Below, piece by piece: positions 10,701 through 23,100 of a stretch of 64,000 nt of DNA; positions within the stretch are counted from its first letter, which is position 1; every line of letters begins with the position of its first letter. Under the pieces are notes generated by a model. It did not search any database and was not told where the DNA came from. It saw only the letters and a program-made list of their open reading frames with translations. Source of the DNA: a virus (lineage: Duplodnaviria; Caudoviricetes); IMG/VR virus record IMGVR_UViG_3300035214_000144, positions 5,309-69,308 of that record; one strand, 5' to 3'. The translations under genes were made by a program, and so were the position numbers.

Positions 10701-11161
10701 CACAAGAAATTAAAAATAATTTAATTGATTTAGAAAAATATAAATCAATTAGTGATCAACTTGTATATACATCAGCTTCATTTAAATTATTATTTGGTAG
10801 TACTGCTAACGAAGTTAATCAAGCTATTTTTAGAGTTGTTAAAGTACTAGGCTCAACTTATACAGATAATGAAATTAAAACAGAAGTAATTAAAGCAATT
10901 AATGCCTATTTTAGCATTACAAATTGGGACTTTGGAGATACTTTTTATTACAGTGAACTAGGCGCATTTATACATAGACAATTATCAACACAGATTTCTT
11001 CAGTTGTTATTGTGCCAACAGATGCTGAATCAAAATTTGGTGACTTATTTCAAATTAAAGCCGCAAGTAATGAATTGTTCTTTTCAACTGCATCAGTAGA
11101 TGATGTTGAAATTGTTTCAGGCCTAACAGGTGCAAATTTAAGGTCAACTGGAGGAAATTAA
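7703..11161 (+). CDS. Baseplate wedge subunit, gp6-like
   Basis: DFTAYDYDAIR...YPEDFNDY, RENFLDTAERRDS, ETDTDIKNNAP...QDRMVNAEDY, NWDFGDTFYYSEL; follows gp25. Confidence 0.85.
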   Translation: MSQIVRQNNLFSAENWQTIYRTFSQADFTAYDYDAIRDSMLNYIQINYPEDFNDYIASSEFIAIIDLLAFLGQSLAFRTDLNSRENFLDTAERRDSIIRLAKLINYRPKRNIPARGLLKVTKIKTNEPLEDSAGSELTNAYINWNDANNSDWYDQWLTICNSIFNSTNRFGTPTKSATISSVKTEIYNLNSTSAQSAVKNFSETIDGLNTSIDVGKADIHTNGYLYERAPDTSEAYNFVYRNDNQGFSSGDTGFFMYFKEGELGFQDYTFTNPLPNRTVDLELTNINDLDVWVQKINSNGVPTEKWEAVPGLFGQNTIYNSLALNTRDIFSIQSRNNDQISILFSDGNFGNAPKGQFRIYYRRSTGHGQIIKKDRIKNREITIKYFNAQGQEYTATISLTLTNTITNSQAAETDTDIKNNAPKSFYTQDRMVNAEDYNIFPLTQSTAIQKMKALNKTHIGHSRYIDVNDPTGTVKSVNVFGEDGVLYKNPNFTLSTEEITGTIIDTTSYTYIIDNVLAPLMKKIHLQNFYFDTYKTAVETSHDSNQFIMTLVSTNKVLWKPYPLAGAGSSGYFYIGNLSDTSNAITIYNNPKDSDEKLGFIRPGTKLEFVDDYTTPTIIKWTTVVSIHNDGAMLSSDTTGSITLDESITAGMKLRKVLPNLRTKLNVSEKSLIQTEMEKGVDFGIGYHYRDSSTKSEKWYLVSEDYINTTNDFDIINNQSHGGSTVLAGDTSWLVYANYIPATDSASNPKYEFKIRGLDYVFESDQEVRFYYVPEYKNIDSATGKAVKDTIQLLDINKDVSVLTNPSSTTKLTNKVTLSITDSYIETDGYVDTKKVKITNIDSDDDGMPDNPVAHEDVIDNTTNIFFVSYDDYDGYTYYKTTTGVTAVSSLTSNGLEYLTTDNYFYLNGTKLTNGSANSYTTRYGVSGTAIYKSYIGRAFNSTNKFYFQYKHSAPRNQRIDPSVSNIMELIILQTDYYTNVFDWFTSGGMLTAFPIAPTSQEIKNNLIDLEKYKSISDQLVYTSASFKLLFGSTANEVNQAIFRVVKVLGSTYTDNEIKTEVIKAINAYFSITNWDFGDTFYYSELGAFIHRQLSTQISSVVIVPTDAESKFGDLFQIKAASNELFFSTASVDDVEIVSGLTGANLRSTGGN

Positions 11162-11164
11162 TAA

Positions 11165-14100
11165 ATGGCTTACGATGATGAAATTAAATTCAATTCATCT
11201 AAATCAAACTCAAGCATAAGCGGGTCGGTTTCAACAACTGACGATAAAGCAAAAGCTATAAGTTTTTTACCAGAAGTTTTTCATACAGAAAAACTAAAAA
11301 ACTTCTTTGACGGAACTGTTGAACAAGCATTTAGTAAAGCTAACGATATTAGAGTTACAGAATACATTGGTAGGAAATCTAATGTATACTATAGGCCATT
11401 TAAAGACAATTATAAAACTGAAGCAGTTAAAAATAGAAAAACATATCAATTAGAACCAGCTGGTGTTATTAAAGATCCTGATAGTAAAGAAATAAGAGAT
11501 TCAGTTTTTTATAACGAAATATTAAATTATATAGATAGTGAAAATGGAAAAACAATTAATCAAAATAGATTATTTGAACAAAAATATTATACATTTTCAG
11601 CACCAATAGATTATGATAAGTTTTTAAATTATGAAAACTACTATTGGTACCCAAGTTTAGACTTAAACGTGCCTGCTATTGTTATAGGAGGTAATGTTGA
11701 GTTACTTGTGTCAGTTGCTAACTCAAATACATTTACATTAACATATTCAATTGTTACCAACGACATTGTAGAAGTTAACGGTGTAGCAACAGCAGATTAT
11801 GAATCGACAGGTTTAAATTTATCATTTGCTAACAGTTCAATTAACATTGTGACTGGAGATGCAATTACTGTCAATCATAGAGTTGATCCTAACAATATTA
11901 TTGGTTCAAAATCTTATACTTCTCCCAATGGTGTAACACTCAGCTCTGGTATGTTAATACAATTTAGTAATACATCCCTAGTCAACACAGATTATAAAGA
12001 TAAAGATTATTTTGTTGAGGGTGTAGGTTCGAAAGAAGGTATCTCATTAATTGAAACGTCGGACGTTGAAACAGAATTATTTTTAAGTGATACATTTATA
12101 CCGTGGGATAGAGCAGATACAGTAGGACTAACAAGTACAATTACAGGATTTGATGCTGAACGTTGGGATACTATTCCTGATGTTGCCGTCCCTGATTACA
12201 TTACAATTAATAGAGGATGTACAGATAAAAACCCTTGGTCAAGAACTAATGGTTGGGTACACAAAGATAATATTACTGACTACAGAACTTTTCAAGAAGA
12301 AGTCGAAGTATATCATCCATATGATTCAATAACAACTGATATTCGAGGTTGGGATGGTGGTTATTTTGATTCTACTACTCTTTTACAAGAAACAACGTTC
12401 CAATTAGAACAATCTAGAAAAGGACAAAAACCAATTATAGAATTTAATAAAGATATTGAATTATACTCTTATGGTTCAGACCACGTTACTACTGTTGATG
12501 TTCTTGAATCAGCTGTAACTGTTAATGATATAGAAGGCACATCAACATATAGAGTTGATGATATTGTATTAGTTGATGGATTTAAAATTTTATTTATAAA
12601 CCCAAACTTTGAAACTGAATTCGTTAATTGGGACGCTAATGCTGATCCTTGGGATTATGACAAAGACGGTGATGGTATACCAGATACTGGTTGGGATATT
12701 AAAGGTGCAGACTTTGATGTTTCTGGATCTGTTTGGGAAGTAAGTGGTGTTGGGTCATCAATAACTTTAACAAAAGTTTCAAATCTTCAAATAAAAGATA
12801 ACGATAAAATTACAATTAGATTAGGGAAAATTAATGCTGGTAAAGAATACTACTGGACAGGCTATCAATGGAAACTAGCACAACAAAAAATAGGAATGAA
12901 TCAAGCACCTAAATTTAATTTATATGACACCGATGGCATTGAATTAGGAAATACTAGTGTTTATAGTTCATCAACATTTACAGGAAATGAATTGTTTGGC
13001 TATACTATCGGTACTGGAACTAACGACGCAGATTTAGGCTTTCCATTAACTTATACTGATTATACTAGTCTTAGTACGATTCAATTTAAAAATTATTTAA
13101 ACAGTGAAGCTAATGGTAAAGATGGTTTCAAATATTATAAACAATATAATTATAAAAATATATTACAAGATACATTTGAATATAAAATTATTGTACAACC
13201 TGCAAGTGACACTACAACAGGAAACAAATTTTATATAGATGAAATCGAACAAGAAAATCTAATTTTAATTAGAGGAAACAACTATATCTTTAATCTAGAT
13301 GATAGTTCGGTTACATCGCGAGGATACTCAGACGCATATCATCCGTTCTTAATGAGTATTACAAAAAATGGTTCTCACGCAAGTGGCGTTTCATATAATA
13401 CTGATGTAAAATATTTTCATAATAATATTGGAGTAACTGAAACAGTATTCCATAGTGCAACTTATGATGATGAAACAATAACAAAAAGAAAAATTGAATT
13501 TAAACCAACAGCAAGTACTCCAGATCAATTATATTATTATTGTAAAAATCATACTAATATGGGCGGTGGTATAAGAGTTGTTGATAACAATGTTAGTGTT
13601 TTATCTGATGGTACAATTATTAACTATAATAACGAATGGGCGCCTGTTATTACTAAATCAAAACAATGCTTAATGCAAGAATTTGATGTAGCTGATGAAA
13701 TTAGCAATGATTTATTTTTACTTGAATCTATAATTGCTGGTGATGATACTGTTCGTGTGTTTATTAATAATGTTGAAAAATTACAAAATATAGATTATAC
13801 AATTCGAGGTAATAAATTTATTCACTTAACAACACCAGCAATAGATACAGATCATATTTTAATTAAGTTTACGAGTTTTGACACACGAGATTTAACTAAA
13901 GCTTATTATGAAGTACCAAAAAATTTAACTAATAATGCATTAAATTCAGATGTTACAACATACGATTATGGAGATTTATTAAATCATTTTTCAAGTGGTA
14001 TTGCAAATCAAAAAAATCTTACTGGATTGCCTTTAGGAAATAACAACTACAGAGACACTAAACAAGATTTATCATTAAGTGAAAATATTTTACAACACGA

Positions 14101-17100
14101 TGCACCTTTTTTAAAATTAGCATCACACGTAAACAGCAATGATAGAGATATTATTAAATCTATAAGATTAGCAGAAACGGATTATGTAAGATTTAAATAT
14201 AAACTTTTACACAAAACATTAGATATAGCAAGAAAAAATGATGTCTCATCTTGGACTGATACTAAACTAGTTGATACTATTTTATTAGATATTAATACTA
14301 ATAAAAAACCAAATGAGAATTGGGCATATAGTTTAATGCTTTCATTTGGTGATACTAAACAAGTTTCTAATGTAACAATTACAACAACAAATAAAACCTG
14401 GACATCAGATACTTTAAATTGGACGATACAAGATTATCAAAATGTCTTAATAGATTCTTCTGCTGGCGGATTAGCAATATCTTATTCTTATAATCCAATA
14501 TCTGATAAAGATTCAAAATCATTATATGTTTATAATAATGATAAAATGTTGCTAATAAATCACGATTATGTAATTGTTAATAAAGTAGATACTCGAATAA
14601 TTTTTATAGGAAATAATAAACCAGATGTTGGTGATATTGTTAGAATAGAATATTTTGATAGTAAACAACCTGTGTTCATTCCACCTACACCATCAAAACT
14701 TGGTCTTTATCAATGTTTTACACCAAGTGAAGTTACTGATTCATTATCTTATAGTAGAGGCCCAACAACATTTATTCAAGGTCACGATGGTTCATTAAAT
14801 AGAAAATTTAATGATGATAGGGATAGAGTATTACTAGAACTTGAAAAAAGAATTTTTAATGATATTGAAACAAGATTTGTTGATCCAGACTATATTGCTC
14901 CATTATCATATGAACAATTAGTTAGTAATCATTTTAATATAAAAGATTATTCATATTTAGAATTTAATCAAATATTTAGATCACACATTTATCGTTGGAT
15001 GACATTTAATGATGTTGATTGGCAAAAAAACGAACCACTTCGTGTTAATGAACAAGATTGGAAAACTTGGAACTGGTCTGCAATTAAAAACATTAAAGAT
15101 ACAGATACACGGGGCCACTGGAGAGGAATATACAAAAGATTTTACGGTACTGATAGACCACATACCCATCCTTGGGAAATGTTAGGCTTTAGTATGAAAC
15201 CTACTTGGTGGGACAGTAACTACTCTTGGACTGAGACAAATAAAAGAGAAAACTTATTAGATGACATTGACAACGGAATTATACGTGAAGGTAAAAGAAA
15301 AAACGTTACTGATTTATCTTACACAAAACAAAAAAATATATATCGTAGAGATGGGTTTAAATTATATCCACCTGTAGACCTTTATGGTAGATTACAAAGT
15401 CCAAAAGAAATAGGTCTTTGTACAGGTCTTCCTAATAGAGTTGAAGCTTTATTACATTGGAGTATAGGAGATATTGCTCCGGCAGAAAAAGCATTCTATA
15501 ATAGTAGTTCTATGCCGTTTGCACTTTTATCAGCATTATTTGTAATGAAACCTACACAATTTACTGAACTAATGTTTGATACATTAAACATTGACAATAG
15601 TAATATAAGCAAATTACAAAAATACGACAAAAATACTGGTAAACGTCATACTAATAATATGTATGTTCATAGAGAAACTGCTAATGCCTCAATAGCTGTT
15701 GGTATTGGTTACCAACACTATGTTAGTGAAAGATTAATTAGCGAAAACAAAAAACCAGATATATTATATGGTGGTGTAATAAGAAATATTACTCCACAGT
15801 TAGCACATAAACAAGGTGCATTTATTGATTACGGTTCATACAAAGCACAGGCTGAAGCTTATTCTCCAACGTCAAAACGAACAGGAATTTATATACCTGA
15901 TACAAATATTAATCACTTGTTACACATTTCTCCATCTGTACAAAATTCAAGTTATTCAGCTATTGTAATTGAAAAAACAGTACGTGGTTGGTCTGTACAA
16001 GGATATGACATTGGTAAAAATTATTTTAGATGTACAATTAGTGACCCAAATGGTCCAAATGCACCAGTACAAGTTGGTGGTTCATATCTTGATATTCCTT
16101 ATTACCAACCAAATCAAACTCTTTCAGTTGATGAATATGTTTTATATGAAGGGGTTTATTACAAATGCAAAGAAACACACGTTACTAAAAATACATTTGA
16201 TATAACTAAATTTGTATCAATATCTAAACCACCAATGCAAGGTGGAGCAACTGCAACATATCATAGAGCAGTTAAACGACAAGAAACTGTAGATTATGAA
16301 TATGGTAAAGAATTTACAACAATACAAGAAGTATTTGATTTTATAGTTAACTATGGCAGATATTTAGAATCACAAGGTTGGATATTTGATTCAATAAACA
16401 ACGATATACAAGAAACATATAACTGGTTATATTCTGCTAAAGAATTTTTATTCTGGACATTAGGTGACTGGCCTGTTGAAAGTATTTTAGCGATTTCTCC
16501 TGCGGCAAACAAAGTTAAATTTAAACCATTAAGAGGTATTGTTGCAAGTGTTGAAGATATTATTGGAAGCACATATTCTATTTTAGATAAACAAGGTAAA
16601 CCAATTGATCCAAATACAACAACAGTTATTCGCGATGGCTCACAAATTCAAGTAACATCAGATGAAGGTAGACCAATATACTTTGTAAATTTATATGCTA
16701 GAGAGATAGAACATATTACAATATTTGATAATATTACAACATTTAAAGATGTAATTTATGACCCAGCGTTAGCTATTAGACAACCAAGATTAAAACAAAC
16801 ATTACTAAGAACTAATGATTGGAATGGTAAATTAGAAGCTAATGGTTACTTAATTAGTGTTAATAAAGGTATAGTATCAAATTTTGAAACATCAGCTAGT
16901 GACGTAACAACATATCTTAACGTTGATAAAACAACTAATAATGAAGAATTAAACAGAGCAGGTTTACATACAATTGGATTCCAAAGCAGAGAAAGTTTAG
17001 AAAACTTAGAAATTGTTGACGAAAGCCAAACTAGATTCTATCAAGGATTTATAAGACAAAAAGGTTCTAGGAATGCAATTGATAAAATTTTAAGAACTGA

Positions 17101-20100
17101 TGTTATTAGTGAAAGACAAGAAATTAATCTTTATGAACACTATGCATTTAAAGTAGGTGAGTTTGGTGGTACAGAAATTAATCAGTCTATGGAATTTAGA
17201 CTTGACCCAACTAAAATCAAAACTAACCCGCAAGTAATTTCATTTTTACCAAATATCGATTTAGCAATTACTACTGATATTGACTCAGATGACATTATAA
17301 CAATTGACGCTGATGATAGTTTAAATTGGACTAAAAAACCAACTGGTTCAAAATATATATCGACAATATGGCCAACTAGGACAGAATCATTTGATTTACC
17401 AACTGCTGGTTATGTACATATTTCTGATACTGATTACCAAGCATTAACAAAAGCAAACTTAAAAACACAATATGGTAATACAGTATCAAGTAACTTAGAT
17501 GTTGATTTAGGATCTACAAATTGGGTAGCAAAAGATGATAATGGCGATTGGAATATATACAGGTTATCAAATACAAATCACGGAATTGAAAATGTTGAAA
17601 CATTAAATCCGTTAACAATATCAATGAACGAGTCTAGTGGAAAACTAGTAACAGTAGCAAACACTAGTATTGATGCTGTAATACCAAATAACAAAAGTTC
17701 AAATGTAAGTACAATTACAACAGAAACTTATGGAACAAAAACATTTCAATTATCATTAACAGATCAATCAATTACACAAACTATTAACTTCACAGACTTT
17801 GGTGGATCTAATGCAAATATTTCTGTAGCTAATGTTGCCGACGGTGTGTCACAAATGATAGTAACAACTGGCGGATCAGATTATAATATTGCAGACGTAA
17901 TTAGTGTAGATGGTTCAGGTGGATCATCAGCAACTGGTACTGTAACAACAGTATCAACTGTAGGTGTAAGTAGCCTATCACTTACAGATGGCGGTTCGCT
18001 TTATACAGCAACACCAATAATTACAATTACACCTAATGCAAATGATTCAAACTTACAAAATATTAATGCCGCTACGGCAACTGCTACATTAACAGGAGAT
18101 GCTGTAACTAATATTAATTTAACTAGTGCAGGAACTGGTTATACAAAAACACCAGTCGTAACTATTACTAGAGATGGTTCTGATACAACTGGTACTGGAG
18201 CAACTGCAACTGCAACAATAGGCACAGCAGGAGCTATTACAGAAATTGCATTATCAAACCCAGGTGGCGGTTTTTATGCTGAACCGGGAAATATTTCTAT
18301 TAAAACTGAAGGAGTAGACTCGTCTGGTACAAGTGCGGTAATTAGAATAAAAGGAAATAATCCTACATACAGAATTGAAACAACATTAACTAATGCAGGT
18401 ACACCATTTGTTTATGGAGAAACTATAACACAAAATAATACTAGTGCAACTGGAAAAGTTGTAAATGTTTATACTAATGGTACAGCAACAGTTTTACATA
18501 TCTATGATGATACAAATACATTTGATACTGGTAATCATATTATCGGCGGCACATCAGGAGCATCGGCAACTACCACTCATACAATAACTGCTTTATCAGG
18601 ATCACAATATGGTGATACAACATTTGGTGCAATATTAAATTTAGCAATCAATGATAGTGGAACAAATTATGTTTCGCCAACAATAACAGTCTCAGGAGAT
18701 GCACCAGCAACTGGTATTGTTAGTGCAACATCAGGAATTGTTGATCAAGCTTATATTACTAATGGTAGCTACGGATATAGAAAAGAATTTTCAGATAATC
18801 CAACTATTTCTATAACTATTAAAGATACAATTACTTTTAGCGATAACAAATATATTGATTTTGCTGACAAACTATTAAAACCTGATACATTATCTAATGT
18901 AACAGTTACAATTGATCCTCTCCAAGGCCACGCAGAGTTTGATGGTACATCACCTGAATTTTCTCTTGGACCTACTGCAACACCTACTAGTATTATTTCA
19001 GGTCAAAGTTTATCTGCTAATGCTACAATATCTTCATTTGGTGCAAATATTACTGATAGAGCTAATGCTACAATAAGATTAAGTTTTGCTACTACTGGTG
19101 CTACAACTGGTAATGCTACAATTACTATAAATTATAAAAAAGCACTTTACAATGTTTTTGACTTGCCAGTAAATGACGTTGTATCTCCAACAATAGCAAC
19201 AGCATATACAGATAGTTTCTTTGACGGTACAAATAATCATCCTTTATATGTTTATAAAGATGTAAGATTAGCAACTAGAAATAGTGGAATTGACTCAGCT
19301 AATATTGGTACTAATTTACCAGCAACTGTAAATGACTTTGTATCAAATGTATGTTCAACTGTTTCATTTGTTGAAGGAGATAAAATTTGGATAGACAATG
19401 GTGGAGACAATTATTGGTACACAATGACAAAAACTGCTAATGCATCTATTAAAACTAACTATGAGGAATTAGCATTTAATAAAGGTGTGTCAACTAAAGG
19501 TCCAATAACAAGTTTAACTGTAACAGGTGTTGGTGGCGGATATTTACTTGCACCAACAGTAACATTTACACCACGTGTCGGTGATACAACTGGTTCAGGT
19601 GCAACTGCAACTACAAAACTTGATATTATATTAACAACTTTTGCAGGAATAACAGTAGTAACAGGCGAAACAATTACTCAAGCTACAACAGGAGCCTCAG
19701 GCACAGTAGTTGCTGGAGTAACTAATGCAACATCAGTAACATTAAAAGATGTAAACAATACAGCATTTGACCTTAATAAAAATAATAATTATAATCTTAC
19801 TGGATCAACTAGTGGAGGATTAGGCACTTACTTAACAAATGCACGTGGTAACCTTGCTCAAATAGATGGTGTTACTTTAACAGATGGTGGAGATAATTAT
19901 CAGTTTGTACCTACTATTACAATTACAGCTCACGCAGATGATCCAAATAATCCAAGTTCTGCAAATTATCTAGAGCCAGAGGATAGACATTCAGGTACAT
20001 ACCATATAACACCGGCAGTAGTTACATCAGCTGGAACTAATATAGGAAGTATTACTATTGGAAGTGATTCTTGGATTATACACTCTGATGTTGATTATAC

Positions 20101-23100
20101 AGTAGCAAATGCAACAATTAGACAACAAGTCTTTGATGGATCTGTTAGAACAAACAAAGATAATTTACAAATTGATACAAAGTTATTTTCACAATCAAAA
20201 TTAACTTTAATTGATACAAACGATTATACAAATGAAGTACCATTTGAAGTTATTGATCCTATTAAAAATTTATTACCAGGGGTGGCTCAAAGTGAATTAA
20301 ATTATATTACACAATCTGATCCTGCTGTTTATACTAACCATTCAAATACAGATAGGGTTAGTATTAATTCTCCTTGGGAAACTGATAATGTTGGCTTAAC
20401 TTGGTGGGATACGTCAACTGCTAGATATATTGAATATGAGAACTTTAGTAATGAGTATCGTCAAAACAACTGGGGTAAATTATTTCCAGGGTCAACAATT
20501 GACATTTATGAATGGACCGAAAGTTCAGACTTGCCAACAAATTATACAGGTGATGGCATAGTAGCAAACACTACAAACTACAGTACTATTAGTAAAACAA
20601 GTAAAGAAGGATTTGTATCTACAAAATATTACTTCTGGGTAAAAAATAAAACAATTCCACCTAGAGGAACTACACCAAATGCAAGATATAGATTACTATC
20701 TACAACTACTATAAGTCGATTAATTAAAAACCCAACTGCTTATGGCATTAATTGGTATGCACCAATATCAAAAAATTCATTAGCTATTTCTAATGCAACA
20801 AGACACATTACAACAGATTCAGTATTTAAATTAAATTATAGAAAAGTAGATAAAGATATACCAATACATAAACAATGGATTATGATTAAAGAGAACGATC
20901 CAGATACAATAGTTGATCAAAAGATTTGGAATAAATTCACTGATTCATTATCTGGAAAAGATGCAGACGGAAAAGCTGTGCCAGACACAACAATTTTAAG
21001 CAAATATTCACAATATGGTAATAATGTAAGACCTAGACAGACTTGGTTTAAAGATATTCAAAAAGCGAGAAGAATATTTGCATACACATTAAACAATATA
21101 TTAAAAGAAACTAACTTAGATGTAAATTATCCGGAATGGGAAAATACATTAACAGATCAAACATTATATAATAAATCAAACTACTATGTTGAAGGTTATG
21201 ACGATAGCATTATTGTAGATAGAATATTTGATTATAAAGCAAATATTGATACTTCTACATTAAAAGATTATGATGTAATTAAAGTTAATTACGATTACAA
21301 TAGTAAATGGGCAATCTATGTATATGGTGACAGAGATATTGTATTAAATGGACAGGCTCCGGTTGCAACTGCAAATCTTGACTTTACGGCAGGTACGGCT
21401 ACAACAACAACTGGTGTATATACGGCAAAAACTAAAACATCATCAGATGTTACTACAAGCGAAGTAAGTGTATACTCAGGTGTAGCAGACAATCCTGAAC
21501 TTGTAGTAATTGCTAACCAAACATCTACAGCTCAATTAGATAATAAATTTTGGACAACAACAGATGACATAGCAACTGGTATAAGAGACTTAATGAGTGT
21601 ATTATACAACTATCTATTTTTAGGATCGCAAAAAATAAATCTAAATACATTATTGTTTTCGGCAGTTAACTTTATTTTTGAAGAACAAGATAACATCGAT
21701 TGGATTATTAAGACAACATACTTTGATGCTATACAAAAAGATTTATCACTACAACAAGCAGTTTCGTATGCACCTGATACATTTGAATACGTTAAAGATT
21801 ATATTAACGAAGCTAAACCATATCACTCTAAATTAATTAACTATGTTAGTAAAAAACAAACACCTGTTGAAAATGCTAATGTTAATATAATTGAAACTAG
21901 ATCAGGTAAAGAAACAGTAGTGTTTGATAGAATTAGTAAAAATATAGAACTAGTTACAGAAAATCATCCTGATGGTGACACTCATACTACTTGGGATGAA
22001 ACTGCTGGTGCTTATACATCAAAAATAGTACAAGTGTTTAGCGATGATACAACTCAGTTAATTGAATTAATGAAAAAGAAAACAAGTGCGGCTATTACTA
22101 AAGACGGTGGCGGAGGTGATTTAACTTATGGTGAAACAAATAGTTCAATTGAAAGAATAGCGGCATATCATTTCTCAGAGCAATTGGCGGCATTAGATAC
22201 AACATCAGAAGAACAAGTTATCGAATTTATGAGACAGTTAAGAACTCAATTATCTCCATTTAAAGATATTGATTTTAACTCAATGATCTCCGGTGGCTTT
22301 GCTACTGCAACAGATTTTAATATTTCAAAATATGCTGATAACGAAGATATTGAAAGTTTAGGTTTTGAAATTTCAAATTGGGACGTAGGTTTAAAATGGG
22401 ATGAAGCGGCGGCACAAAACTTCTTTACTTCATTATTCCAAACTGCAATTTACTGGCAGGCTGGTACAACGTATACACCAAATATAGCTATAGATAGTAC
22501 TGATACAATTACATCAGCTAACTTTGTGAAGTATAATAATATTAGTCACTTTCCTGCTTGGAGTAATATAACAGAATATAAAGTTAAAGATGTTGTTCAA
22601 TATAATGGAAAAATTTATAGATGTAATGTTCAACATAAAAACTTACAAAATGAAAGTGGTTTACAAAATTCTAGATGGGATTTAATTGAAGAATATATCT
22701 ATTATGCAAATGTCGATCATACAAGTACATCAAATTTTGTAACAGACTATACTGATGGAAAATGGAATTTAGTTGTAACTAAACTTGATGGTGCAGGTTT
22801 CTTAAGACCATTGCAAGAAGATAGACCAGAAGAACAATTCTTAATGCAAATGAAAGAAACTTTAAAAATTACAGTTGTAACTTATGAAGAAACAGCAATG
22901 GATATAGCAGATATTGATAGTGATGGTAATACAACAGAAACTATGGGTTATGGTGATCAATATGCATTTAGAATCTTTTATGGTAATGATAACCAAGCAC
23001 AATATAAAAGATTACCATTAGTTTGTGAAACAAATTTAACTGCTAATATTGGTACAAGTATTAATGAATTAACAGTTAGTAACGCACAAATATTATATTC

